Of a stretch of DNA of 64,000 nucleotides, positions 31,043 through 42,262 are shown in pieces. The first letter of the stretch is position 1; every line of letters starts with the position of its first letter. The stretch comes from Candidatus Poribacteria bacterium. GTDB lineage: Bacteria > Poribacteria > WGA-4E > PCPOR2b. Both the position numbers and the translations under genes were made by a program. The notes under the pieces were generated by a model that was given only the letters and a program-made list of their open reading frames with translations, was not told the origin of the DNA and searched no databases. The stretch spans positions 3,488,001-3,552,000 of the forward strand of contig OZ244587.1 of NCBI GenBank assembly GCA_965218095.1. Reading direction: 5' to 3'.

Positions 31043-32485
31043 ATGGCAAAAAAAGAGCCGCGCCGTGTCAAAACTCTGAGCGAGTTTATAGAATGGGCAG
31101 CACAATTCAGGGACGGACGATATCTGTTTCGTGGTGTTTCAAACGACGCCTACAAAATAGAGGCATCTGCTTACCGCCGCCTGCGAGAAGCGGACAGAAA
31201 TAATCCGAGTAAGCTACTCAAAATCAATCAGGAATTGATAGAAAAAGCACGAGGTCGGGGACACGATCAGAAAAACGGTCAGCGACTATCCGATCTGGAA
31301 CTACTTGCAGAACTTCAGCACTTCGGCGCAGCCACCTGCCTGATAGACTTTACACGCAGTGCATTGGTCGCGCTCTGGTTTGCCTGCCAACAAAGTGCCA
31401 AGGGAGAAGCAAACGGTAAAGTATTCGCTGTCCGTAGCGATGATCCGGCACGCTTGAAAACGGTTAATCCGGAATTGATAAAAAAAGATATTGACCACTT
31501 TCTCAACTTGGATGAAAACGATAACTATCTGCTATATCAATGGGATCCCAAACTTCAGAATAATCGCATCATCGCCCAGCATTCAGTTTTCCTATTTAGC
31601 GGTGCCCAAATTGAAGCAGAGGCTGAATGTGTAATCATAAAAAGTAGCAAGCAAGACATCCTGACATCTCTGGATAAAATATCAGATATCGCTGAAGAGA
31701 GTATTTATCCTGACTTTGACGGCTTCGCTCGCGTACATGCCCACGATAAACCCTACATTGAACCCAACGCCCACGGCTATCTGCGACGCGGTATTGAGGC
31801 ACAGCAAAATAATAATCTGGATGATGCTATCGCCTACTACACTGAAGTCATACGGTTAGAGCCGGACCCCGGCATTGTTGCCAATGCCTGTTACAATCGC
31901 GGCGTGGCTTACAGGAAAAAGGGAGATTATGACCGTGCCATTGCAGACTATACCAAAGCGATAGAACTCAATCCCTATTATGCCAACGCCTATAACAATC
32001 GCGGCGTGGCTTACAGGAAAAAGGGAGATTATGACCGTGCCATTGCAGACTATACCAAAGTGATAGAACTCCAACCCAATTATGCTATAGCCTATATCAA
32101 TCGCGGCGCTGCTTACGGGGAAAAAGGTGATTATGACCGTGCCATCGCAGACTTTATCAAAGCGATAGAACTCAATCCCTATTATGCCAACGCCTATAAT
32201 AATCGCGGCGTGGCTTACAGGAAAAAGGGAGATTATGACCGTGCCATTGCAGACTATACCAAAGCGATAGAACTCAATCCCTATTATGCCAACGCCTATA
32301 ACAATCGCGGCGTGGCGTGGTTACACCTGCAAGCATGGGAAAAAGCCCAAGCCGACCTGACGACTGCCAAAGATATGGGGAGGGATATCACTGCTTCATT
32401 TCATAACGATTACACAAGCGTCCCAGACTTTGAGCGGAGAAATGGGGTTAAGCTACCGGCAGACCTTGCTGCCATGTTGCTTTGA
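31043..32485 (+). CDS. FRG-TPR protein 1
   Basis: YLFRGV, LAELQHFGAATCLIDFT...ALWFAC, NNRIIAQHSVF, IYPDFDG; near-identical 102-bp TPR repeats; shared cap. Confidence 0.9.
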   Translation: MAKKEPRRVKTLSEFIEWAAQFRDGRYLFRGVSNDAYKIEASAYRRLREADRNNPSKLLKINQELIEKARGRGHDQKNGQRLSDLELLAELQHFGAATCLIDFTRSALVALWFACQQSAKGEANGKVFAVRSDDPARLKTVNPELIKKDIDHFLNLDENDNYLLYQWDPKLQNNRIIAQHSVFLFSGAQIEAEAECVIIKSSKQDILTSLDKISDIAEESIYPDFDGFARVHAHDKPYIEPNAHGYLRRGIEAQQNNNLDDAIAYYTEVIRLEPDPGIVANACYNRGVAYRKKGDYDRAIADYTKAIELNPYYANAYNNRGVAYRKKGDYDRAIADYTKVIELQPNYAIAYINRGAAYGEKGDYDRAIADFIKAIELNPYYANAYNNRGVAYRKKGDYDRAIADYTKAIELNPYYANAYNNRGVAWLHLQAWEKAQADLTTAKDMGRDITASFHNDYTSVPDFERRNGVKLPADLAAMLL

Positions 32486-32639
32486 ATCTCCCGATAAATC
32501 GGGATTCTCGGAACGGAACCGATCTTATCGGGGCTGACACCCGAGCGATAAGCATCACGCCGACGAGTCTTTTTGAATCCGTGTCAGCCGTTAATCCGCG
32601 ATAATCCGCGATTTTGACAATGATACATACTAACATAAC

Positions 32640-33334
32640 TAGGAGTTACGCACTTGGTCAGAAAATAGATTATAATATAGACTATGAATCCACCCAAATG
32701 CAATGAATATGACTATACCAACTTTCTGATTACGACTTCCAGATACACAGTTGTACTGAGGCTGCCAGAGTCCAACCCCAAAAAATAACGACAACCGTTA
32801 CAATGCCGCAAAATGGGATAAGCAATTCTAGGCTAACGCAGGCGAATTACCTCCGGGAACTGGAGAAGTGTCATTGACAACTAGCATCTAAGGCAATGAG
32901 CGCATTGAACGCCGCGTATGACAGTCTATAATCTACAATTTCCTCCCTTAGCCCAAAAGAGTAAATCTCATTTGTTCCTGCTGATTTGAGCGTTCAACTG
33001 CGTTAATTCTACATATGACTCGTCGGTGCAAATCTTTATCATTATGCACGCTAACTTTTTTGGTTCATGTAAAAAGAAAGTGCAAAGCGCAAGGAGAAAC
33101 CGAGTTTTCAAGAAAAAACTCGGTTTCTGTTGCACGATTTCTTAACATCAGCCACTTTTTTTTGCGTTGGCATTGCGTTGGCATTTTTATGAAAAATGAA
33201 TTGGTGTGCCCTGATGACACAAATAAAGCAGAACCTAAGCATTTACTGTAGTTGCCCGATTCATCGGGTGTCATGTTGCTTTGAATCCCGATCTCCGCAT
33301 CGGGGGTTTTGAGCATTCAACTGCGTAAGTCCTA
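32640..33334 (+). mobile_element. Non-autonomous IS701-like element, copy 1
   Basis: TIRs TAGGAGTTACGCA / TGCGTAAGTCCTA, 5-bp direct repeat ATAAC, decayed transposase start MNPPKCNEYDYTNFLI...SCTEAARVQP. Confidence 0.8.
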
Positions 33335-33348
33335 ATAACATACAAATA

Positions 33349-33882
33349 ATGAGCAACAATCTAAAATACAGGGATATCACCGAAAAGATTATTGGGGCTG
33401 CTTTTGAGGTACATAAGTTTTTAGGCAACGGCTTCCAAGAGGTGATTTATCAGCGAGGATTGGCGTTTGAGTTAGCACTCCTATGGTACGAGCATTCGGC
33501 TCCATCATACATTAAAATCGTGAAGCCAAATTATGAGTCTACAATACGGTGGTACAGGGATATAAGGTGTTCTTATCACTATCTTGATCTGTATTATCGC
33601 ATGGGGAAAGCTTGTCATAGAATCGGTCGCTATCAGGAGGCTGTTGAAGCATATCATAAAGCTATTGATCTTCAGATAGCCATTGTGGATGCATATAATG
33701 AAGCGTGTTTTGAAACGGAGACGCAGGCCGTTGACATTAAGGAAGAAAATAAGAGACAGCATTTCTTACAGTGTTTTATGCCTGAACCACCGGAGTATCC
33801 GGAGTGGTGGACTGATGTTTTCCAAAACAGAGATTCTGCTTGTTGCCATAGACCTCTGCGGGATGCGGAAATAAAACAATGA
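33349..33882 (+). CDS. Chimeric ORF: GxxExxY N-terminus (about 43 aa) fused to an unrelated TPR-like segment
   Basis: Matches the GxxExxY copies up to GLAFELA (~33478), then diverges into YYRMGKACHRIGRYQEAVEAYHKAI. Confidence 0.65.
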   Translation: MSNNLKYRDITEKIIGAAFEVHKFLGNGFQEVIYQRGLAFELALLWYEHSAPSYIKIVKPNYESTIRWYRDIRCSYHYLDLYYRMGKACHRIGRYQEAVEAYHKAIDLQIAIVDAYNEACFETETQAVDIKEENKRQHFLQCFMPEPPEYPEWWTDVFQNRDSACCHRPLRDAEIKQ

Positions 33883-33962
33883 AACACAAACGAAAATTCT
33901 AGCTTAAGCAATTAAATTTCAATCAACAGATCGCGCTTTAATATCCGTCGGGAGAGTTGATT

Positions 33963-36900
33963 ATGAACCAACACAGAGCCGCCATCACGAACGCCCTAAA
34001 CCGCTTCACCGATGGGAGTCTCGCTGAAAACGCACGAAACCTGCTAAATACACTCGGCTATGGGAGCGAAAGAGCCCTAGCCCTTGAACCGAACACCGCC
34101 GACGCGTTTATTGACGCGTTCGATCTACAAGAGAAACTGAATCACGATAAGGCACTGACGACAGAGTGGGCGTCCATCAATCCGCTTTTCCAACTCAGAG
34201 GTGAGGACTTGACGCGCACAGATATAGACGGATGGCTTTTCGATCCCAGCCAGACGCAGGTAGATAACACCATCATCGAGTCCTACCTTTTCCTCGCGCT
34301 CTGGTTGGACGGAAGCAATTACAACCGCACCCAACTCTCGCAAATCACCCGCGAAATCAACAAACTGTTCCCGATGCCCGCGATGCTGCTCTTTCAGCAC
34401 GGCAACACACTCACGCTGTCGGTTATCAACCGCCGTTTGGGTGTACGCGACCAATCCCGCGATGTCCTCGAAAAAGTAACCCTCATCAAGGATATTGATT
34501 TCAAGGATACCCACTGTGCGCACATCGATATTCTATTCGATCTCGCCCTCGAACCGTTGAATCAAACGCACGGCGTCCACAACTTTGTTGAACTGCATCG
34601 CGCTTGGGAAAAGACACTGGATACCGAAGAACTCAACAAGAAATTCTACCGGGATCTGTTCGACTGGTTTGAACGGGCGGTTGCTGAAGGAAAGTTTCCG
34701 ACAGACAAAAATCGCACTTTGAAGCCAGAGGAGCACGTCATCCGCTTAATCACGCGCCTGCTGTTCGTCTGGTTTATGAAGGAAAAGAGGCTGGTTGCGG
34801 AAGAACTGTTCAACGAGACGCAAGTTTCCCCCTTACTGAAAGACTACGACCGCGACACCGGCGACTCCTACTACCGCACGGTGCTACAGAACCTGTTTTT
34901 CGCCACACTCAACACTGAGATAGAGAAGCGTCAGTTTAGCAAAGGGGGAAACCCAGGACATCGCAACTTCTCATTGTATCGTTACAAGGATGAGATAACC
35001 GACTCCGATAAACTCCTAACACTGTTTGCCCAAACGCCATTTATCAACGGCGGTTTATTCGATTGCCTTGACAGCGAGGAGGCAACACGAGATGGTGGCT
35101 ACCGCATTGACTGTTTTTCCGATGTGCATTACAACAAGCTAAGCATTCCCAACCGTCTTTTCTTTGACAAACAGCGCGGTCTGTTTCCCCTGCTGGAACA
35201 CTACAAGTTTACTGTCGAAGAAAATACACCGATAGAGCAGGATGTCGCGTTGGATCCGGAACTGCTTGGTAGGGTGTTTGAAAACCTGCTTGCCGCGTAT
35301 AATCCCGAAACCGGCACAACGGCACGGAAACAGACAGGTTCTTATTACACCCCGCGCCCCATCGTGGACTATATGGTGGATGAAGCGTTAGTGGCAGTGT
35401 TATCGCAAAAGTGCAACCTGGCCGAAGACTGGTTACGGTCTCTACTTGATTATACGCAGATGTCCGACAATGGCAAAAAGTGGTCTGATAACCCTGAAGC
35501 CGACTGCGTTGTGAAGGCGATTTCCCAACTCAAGATACTGGATCCGGCGGTCGGTTCAGGTGCTTTTCCGATGGGGGTACTGCACAAACTGACCCTTGCG
35601 CTGCAGAGGTTGGACCTAGATAACAGCCGGTGGGAGAAGCTACAGAAAGAACGTACCATCCAGCGGGCGGCGGCTGCGTTTGATACAAAGGATAGACAGA
35701 CACGCGATGAAGAGCTCAAGGAAATTAGCAGAATCTTTGAAAATTATTCCGGCAACTTCGGGCGGAAGTTGTATCTGATCCAAAACAGCATCTTCGGCTT
35801 GGACATTCAATCCATCGCCTGCCAAATCGCTAAACTCCGCTTCTTCATCTCCCTTGCTATTGAGCAGGAACTGGATAGAGATGCAGACAACTTCGGGATT
35901 AAGCCTCTGCCGAATCTGGAGCCCCGCTTTATCGCGGCAAACACGCTAATCGGTCTCGAAGAAGAGCGAACCCTGACAAGCCAAAAAGCGAAAGTTTTAG
36001 AGGGGGAATTGGATGATAACCGTGAGCGGCATTTCCACGCAACGACACGCCCGCAGAAACTAGCGTGTAGGAGAGAGGACAAAAAATTGCGGCGAGAATT
36101 GGCGACGGAATTAAGGCATATCGGTATGCCCGCCGATGATGCGGATAAAGTTGCCGACTGGGACCCCTACGACCAGAATGCAAGTGCGGACTGGTTTGAC
36201 TCGAAATGGATGTTTGGTATCACAGACGGGTTTGATGTGGTGATTGGAAATCCACCGTACCGGCAAGTCCACAAGGGCGTACATTCAGCGGCTCAGTTTC
36301 CTTATTCGGAGGGTAGAGACAAAGGCAAGCAAAATCTTTATAAACTATTTGTGGAGCAGTCATACAACCTTTGCAAACGGCGCGGGGTGGTCACTCTCAT
36401 CGTGCAAAGCAGCTTGATGTGCGACCTTTCGTCCGCCGTGACTCGTCAACTTCTGCTGGAACACACACAGTTGAAACACATCATTGAGTTTCCAAAGACA
36501 GCGCAGTCACGGGAGGTACAAGTTTTTACAACCGTGACACAAGGCACCTGTATCTATCAGTTTACTAAAGCTTTGCCCAATGGTGAACCTATCAAAATTT
36601 CGGTGGGCAACGATGCTCATAGCATTGCAGATTTGAGATTCTCCGCTATTACTAAAGAAGCGATTATGAATTTGTATCCAGAACTACGATACTTTCCACA
36701 TATCGGAGAAGGCAGTGTTTCCATTCTGGAGAAAATCGCTGACGACGAAACCATTAATCCTCTGAAGCATTACATTGCCGATATCATCCAAGGCGATCTC
36801 AATCTGACCACACATTCCTCTCGATTTTCTCGGGTGCCTTCGGCTGTGCGTCTTTTGCGCGGATGGCACGTAAATCGTTTCGTTGTTAAGTATGATGACG

Positions 36901-37388
36901 CAGACGAATATTGCGAAGAGGGATTTATGGTAGACAAGGTTGCAGCCAACAGAAGCAGCACTTTTCTGATTTGTCAGCAAATAACAGGCACGGTTGACCT
37001 CCGACGCTTACACTTTGCTTTGACCGCAAACCCATCAACAGATTTTCTGTGGGGTAATAGCGTCAACAAAATGCTGTTGAAAAACTGGGCGCATAGCAAG
37101 ACGGTCTTGGCATTGCTCAACTCCAAATTTATGGATTGGTTTTTTCGTATCACTTCGACAAATAACCATGTACAGGGTTACGAATTGGAACAACTACCCA
37201 TACCGGTAATGTCTGATGATAACCGTGAAAAACTCAACAATCTGGCAGGGCAAGTTATGGAAGCCAAACGCACCGACCCGGACGCGGATGTATCCGAACT
37301 TGAAAATAAGATTGACCAGATAGTATACTTGTTATACGGTCTTGACGCTGATGAAATTGAGATTGTGGAGGAGGCGGAAAATGTCTGA
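33963..37388 (+). CDS. Type IIG / Eco57I-like methyltransferase, copy 2 (different TRD)
   Basis: Same motifs as copy 1; core near-identical at DNA level, unrelated after NPPY (36249-36260), same IVEEAENV end. Confidence 0.93.
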   Translation: MNQHRAAITNALNRFTDGSLAENARNLLNTLGYGSERALALEPNTADAFIDAFDLQEKLNHDKALTTEWASINPLFQLRGEDLTRTDIDGWLFDPSQTQVDNTIIESYLFLALWLDGSNYNRTQLSQITREINKLFPMPAMLLFQHGNTLTLSVINRRLGVRDQSRDVLEKVTLIKDIDFKDTHCAHIDILFDLALEPLNQTHGVHNFVELHRAWEKTLDTEELNKKFYRDLFDWFERAVAEGKFPTDKNRTLKPEEHVIRLITRLLFVWFMKEKRLVAEELFNETQVSPLLKDYDRDTGDSYYRTVLQNLFFATLNTEIEKRQFSKGGNPGHRNFSLYRYKDEITDSDKLLTLFAQTPFINGGLFDCLDSEEATRDGGYRIDCFSDVHYNKLSIPNRLFFDKQRGLFPLLEHYKFTVEENTPIEQDVALDPELLGRVFENLLAAYNPETGTTARKQTGSYYTPRPIVDYMVDEALVAVLSQKCNLAEDWLRSLLDYTQMSDNGKKWSDNPEADCVVKAISQLKILDPAVGSGAFPMGVLHKLTLALQRLDLDNSRWEKLQKERTIQRAAAAFDTKDRQTRDEELKEISRIFENYSGNFGRKLYLIQNSIFGLDIQSIACQIAKLRFFISLAIEQELDRDADNFGIKPLPNLEPRFIAANTLIGLEEERTLTSQKAKVLEGELDDNRERHFHATTRPQKLACRREDKKLRRELATELRHIGMPADDADKVADWDPYDQNASADWFDSKWMFGITDGFDVVIGNPPYRQVHKGVHSAAQFPYSEGRDKGKQNLYKLFVEQSYNLCKRRGVVTLIVQSSLMCDLSSAVTRQLLLEHTQLKHIIEFPKTAQSREVQVFTTVTQGTCIYQFTKALPNGEPIKISVGNDAHSIADLRFSAITKEAIMNLYPELRYFPHIGEGSVSILEKIADDETINPLKHYIADIIQGDLNLTTHSSRFSRVPSAVRLLRGWHVNRFVVKYDDADEYCEEGFMVDKVAANRSSTFLICQQITGTVDLRRLHFALTANPSTDFLWGNSVNKMLLKNWAHSKTVLALLNSKFMDWFFRITSTNNHVQGYELEQLPIPVMSDDNREKLNNLAGQVMEAKRTDPDADVSELENKIDQIVYLLYGLDADEIEIVEEAENV

Positions 37389-37486
37389 ATCACGGATTAA
37401 ACAGATGACGCGGATAGCGCGGATTTCTTGAATCTGTGGCAATCTGTGATTCTGACAAGGGTATATACTAACAGAGGATACAAATA

Positions 37487-37885
37487 ATAAGCAACAATCT
37501 AAAATACAGGGATATCACCGAAAAGATTATTGGGGCTGCTTTTGAGGTACATAAGTTTTTAGGAAACGGCTTCCAAGAGGTGATTTATCAGCGAGGATTG
37601 GCGTTTGAGTTAGCACAAGCGGGTTTGGCATTTACGCGTGAAATTGAGCAAGACATTTTCTATAAAGAGTTGCCGGAGCCTATAGGCACGCGTCGAGCAG
37701 ATTTCGTGGTCGAAGAAAAAGTGTTGGTGGAATTGAAGGCTATCTCTGAATTGGAAGATGTACACATAGCCCAGGCATTAAATTATTTGAAGGCATATCG
37801 GCTGGAAGTAGGTTTATTGATCAATTTCGGATCTAAAAGATTGATATTCAAAAGATTGATTCTTTCGCAACCGGATCACGGCTGA
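37487..37885 (+). pseudogene. GxxExxY protein with start codon mutated (ATG>ATA)
   Basis: Same length (399 nt) and nearly the same sequence as 42263-42661, but CAAATAATAAGC replaces CAAATAATGAGC. Confidence 0.75.
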
Positions 37886-38224
37886 TGTAGATAACGCCGA
37901 TTTAATCTGTGTTCTCCTTGAATCCGTGACAATCTGCGATTCAGACAATGAGGAAATTGGGATTGTGGAGGATGGAGTGGGGAAACTATCTGAATCACGG
38001 ATTAAACAGATGACGCGGATAGCGCGGATTTTTTAATCTGTGTCCTCCTTTAATCCGCGATAATCTGCGATTCAGACAAAGAAGGAATCGCCACAGTGGA
38101 GAAACCACCGCTCCGCTCCGCTTGGATAGCGATATCCAAGCGATATAGGGATAAGAAACGATACCTCCCAAAATCCTGAAAATCCTAAAATCCAGTGAAT
38201 CCAGATTCAGACAGAGGAAAGAGA

Positions 38225-39616
38225 ATGAGCGAACCACTAGAAGTATTCATTACCTATTCACATGAGAACACAGAAGCAAAAGACGAACTCATAACGCGCC
38301 TTGCTGTGATGAAGCAACAAAATGAATTAGTAACTTGGCACGACAACGAAATGCTCCCCAGTGACAAGTGGCGTGAAGAAATTTTTTCCACGCGCCTTCC
38401 CAATTCGGATCTTTTGCTCTACCTCGTTTCCGCTGCGAGCCTTGCCTCTGAAAACTGCAATAGGGAGTTGGTAGTAGCCTTAGAAAAAAACATAAAACCC
38501 ATCCCGATTATCCTTGAGGATTGCGATTGGAAAAAGCATCAACTTGGTGAATTCCAAGCTCTTCCTGACAAAGGCAATCCTATTAACGAGTGGGAATTTA
38601 AGAGCAAAGGTTGGCAAAATGTAGTAGAGGGCATCCGAAAATTCGTTGACGCAATGCAGTCTCAGGTGGATTCGCCTCCCAGTACGCCTGAAGAAGAACT
38701 ACGCGCTGAATTGGCAATCCAACAGGGTAATTTTCTGCTAATGCTCAAGCAAGTAGACAGGGCGATAGAAACCTATTCACGCGCGATTGACCTCAATCCT
38801 CGCGCTGCTCATGCCTATTATAATCGTGGCAATGTTTACCACAACAAAGGCGAGTTTGGACGCGCCATCGTAGACTATAACAAAGCGATAGAACTCAAAC
38901 CCGATTATGCCGGTGCCTATTACAATCGTGGTGTGGCTTACGGAGAAAAAGGCGATACTGACCGTGCCATCGCAGACTATAATAAAGCGATACAACTCGA
39001 CACCAATTGTGCCATGGCCTATTACAATCGCGGTAACGTTTACATAGACAAAGGCGATGTTGGTTGTGCCATCGTAGACTATACCAAAGCGATAGGACTA
39101 AATCCTGATTATACGGAAGCCTATTACAATTGGGGTAATGCTTACTACAACAAAGATGAGTTTGACTGTGCCATCGTAGACTATACCAAAGCGATAGAAC
39201 TGAATCCTAATCTTAGGGAGGTCTATAACAATCGCGGTCTTGTTCACGGTAACACAGGTCATCCTGACCGTGCTATTAAAGATTTTACCAGAGCGATAGA
39301 ACTGGATCCTAATTATACCGGAGCCTATTACAATCGCGGAGTGGCATATTACAAAAAGGGCGATTTTGAGCGCGCCATTGAGGATTTTGACAAGGCTTTA
39401 CAACTGAAACCTGATTATGCCATGGCCTATGGCAATCGCGGCGAGGCATGGTTACACCTGAGAGAATGGGAAAAAGCCAAAGCAGACCTAATGGAGGCCA
39501 GAGTCATGGGGATAAATATCATCGCTGTGTTTCGTAACGACTACGGAAATGTTGCGGACTTCGAGGGTAGAAACGGGGTTAAGCTGCCGGCAGACATCGC
39601 CGCCATGTTGCTTTGA
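38225..39616 (+). CDS. TIR-TPR protein 2 (no antitoxin-like tail)
   Basis: First ~640 nt almost identical to the 28908 gene; TPR units differ afterwards; ends AAMLL. Confidence 0.9.
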   Translation: MSEPLEVFITYSHENTEAKDELITRLAVMKQQNELVTWHDNEMLPSDKWREEIFSTRLPNSDLLLYLVSAASLASENCNRELVVALEKNIKPIPIILEDCDWKKHQLGEFQALPDKGNPINEWEFKSKGWQNVVEGIRKFVDAMQSQVDSPPSTPEEELRAELAIQQGNFLLMLKQVDRAIETYSRAIDLNPRAAHAYYNRGNVYHNKGEFGRAIVDYNKAIELKPDYAGAYYNRGVAYGEKGDTDRAIADYNKAIQLDTNCAMAYYNRGNVYIDKGDVGCAIVDYTKAIGLNPDYTEAYYNWGNAYYNKDEFDCAIVDYTKAIELNPNLREVYNNRGLVHGNTGHPDRAIKDFTRAIELDPNYTGAYYNRGVAYYKKGDFERAIEDFDKALQLKPDYAMAYGNRGEAWLHLREWEKAKADLMEARVMGINIIAVFRNDYGNVADFEGRNGVKLPADIAAMLL

Positions 39617-39918
39617 ATCTCCCGATAAATCGGGATTCTCGGAACGGAACCGATCTTATCGGGGCTAACACCCCAGCAATAAGCATCACCGTCGGCGGTT
39701 TTTGAATCTGTGTCATCCTTTAATCCGTGGCAATCTGCGATTCAGACAACGAAGAAATCGCCACAGTGGAGAAACCGACGAACTGCTCCGCTTGGATAGA
39801 CATATCCAAACGATATAGGAATAAGAAACGATACATCCCAAAATCCTGAAAATCCTAAAATCCTGTAGATCCTGATTCAGACTCTCCCCCGAAGAAATTG
39901 GGTTGTAGAGGACAAATC

Positions 39919-41392
39919 GTGAGTACACAAAACCCATCCAATCCCCAAGACGACCTAAACGCGGTTTTGGAAATCATCCGTGAGGTAGCAGAAAAATCAA
40001 CCAGCGACAACTACATCTACCGCGGCGAACCCAGACGCCATAGAAAAGTGTCGTCAAGCCTTTGGCGTGAATGCAAGAGAAAAATGCGGACTGAGGACTT
40101 TGATATACAGGCTATCGAAGGGCTAATACTGGACTCGGCTAAAAACTATACCCCCGAACAAGAGGAAATTGAAATCTGGGCTGAACTCCAACACTATGGG
40201 GGTCACACTAATCTTATAGACTTTACGACGGACAACCATATAGCCCTCTTCTTCGCCTGCGATCGTTTCTTTGACAAACCGGGCAGGGTTATTTTCTTGG
40301 GAGAAGGAGCGCAGAACGAAAATCGAGTTGAGAAAAAACCCCAGAATCCACGAAACCGCATCATAGTCCAGAAGAGTGTATTCATTCGACCACCCACAGG
40401 TTATGTTGAGCCAGACGATATAATCACTATCCCAGCACACCTCAAACAACCCATATTAAGTTACTTGGAAAAACATCACGGTATATCTAACGAAACCATC
40501 TATAACGACCTTCATGGGTTTATTAGAAATCAGGACATGCACCAGATTGCCTGTATAGAGTTTTATGACGGTTCAATCCAGCAACAAACAGGAGACCCGG
40601 AGAATGAAGACACAAGCGAAACTTGAGCATTACGATAAGGCAATTGAGCACTATAGCAAAGCAATAGCACTGCAACCCAATTTTGTCATCGCCTATAACA
40701 ATCGTGGCATTGCTTACGGTGATAAAGGCGAGTATGACCTTGCCATTGAAGACTTTAACATGGCAATAAAACTGAAACCGGATTATGCTATCGCCTACAA
40801 CAATCGCGGGGCGGTTTACCGCATCATAGGCGAGTATGACCGTGCGATCGAAGACTGTAATAGGGCGATAGAGCTCGATCCCGGTTATGCTGAGCCTTAT
40901 AGCAATCGTGGTGCGGCTTATCGGGAAAAAGGCGAGGAGGACCGCGCTATCGCAGACTATGACAAGGCGATACGACTGAAACCTGATTTTGTTGAGGCAC
41001 ATTACAATCGTGGAGTTGCTTACATCAAAAAAGGCAATTTTGACCGTGCCATCGTAGGCAATACCAAGGCAATAGAACTCAAACCTGACCTTGCACATGC
41101 CTATAATAATCGTGGTAATGCTTACACTCAAAAAGGCGAGATTAACCGTGCCATTGAAGATTATAACAGAGCGATAGAACTGAAACCTGACCTTGCTGAG
41201 CCTTATACTGGTCGGGGGGTGGCGCGGTTACACCTCAGAGAATGGGAAAAAGCGAGAGCAGACCTGACGGATGCCAAAAACATGGGAGTGGATATTACCG
41301 CTGGGTTTCATTATTTCTATGAAAGTGTCCCGGACTTCGAGGGTAGAAATGGGGTGAAGCTACCGGAAGACATCGCCACCATGTTGCTTTGA
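39919..41392 (+). pseudogene. FRG-TPR protein 2, frameshifted near 40565-40625
   Basis: FRG half (YIYRGE, LQHYGGHTNLIDFT) and TPR half lie in different frames; the paralog at 46959 is continuous. Confidence 0.75.
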
Positions 41393-41547
41393 ATCTCCCG
41401 ATAAATCGGGATTCTCGGAACGGAACCGATCTTATCGGGGCTGACACCCCAGCAATAAGCATCACCGTCGGCGGGTCTTTTTGAATCCGTGTCAGCCGTT
41501 AATCCGCGACAATTCGCGATTCTGACAATGATACATACCAACATAAC

Positions 41548-42248
41548 TAGGAGTTACGCACTTGGTCAGAAAATAGGTTATAATATAGACTATGAATCCA
41601 CCCAAATGCAATGAATATGAATATGACTATACCAACTTTCTGATTACGACTTCCAGATACACAGTTGTACTGAGGCTGCCAGAGTCCAACCCCAAAAAAT
41701 AACGACAACCGTTACAACGCCGCAAAATGGGATAAGCAATTCTAGGCTAACGCAGGCGAATTACCTCCGGGAACTGGAGAAGTGTCATCGACAACTAGCA
41801 TCTAAGGCAGTGAGCGCATTGAACGCCGCGTATGACAGTCTATAATCTACAATTTCCTCCCTTAGCCCCAAAGAGTGAATCTCATTTGTTCCTGCTGATT
41901 TGAGCGTTCAACTGCGTTAATTCTACATATGACTCGTCGGTGCAAATCTTTATCATTATGCACGCCAACTTTTTTGGTTCATGTAAAAAGAAAGTGCAAA
42001 GCGCAAGGAGAAACCGAGTTTTCAAGAAAAAACTCGGTTTCTGTTGCACGATTTCTTAACATCAGCCACTTTTTTTTGCGTTGGCATTGCGTTGGCATTT
42101 TTATGAAAAATGAATTGGTGTGCCCTGATAACACAAATAAAGCAAAACCTAAGCATTTACTGTAGTTGCCCGATTCATCGGACGTCATGTTGCTTTGAAT
42201 CCCGATCTCCGCATCGGGGGTTTTGAGCATTCAACTGCGTAAGTCCTA
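41548..42248 (+). mobile_element. Non-autonomous IS701-like element, copy 2
   Basis: Near-identical to 32640-33334 apart from a 6-bp ATGAAT duplication; same ATAAC direct repeat and same flanks. Confidence 0.8.
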
Positions 42249-42262
42249 ATAACATACAAATA

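Noticed and set aside
33015-33316. Short ORFs 33015-33251 and 33065-33316 (and twins at 41929-42230)
   Set aside because: They lie inside the decayed IS element and span a palindrome. Their conservation is explained by recent duplication.
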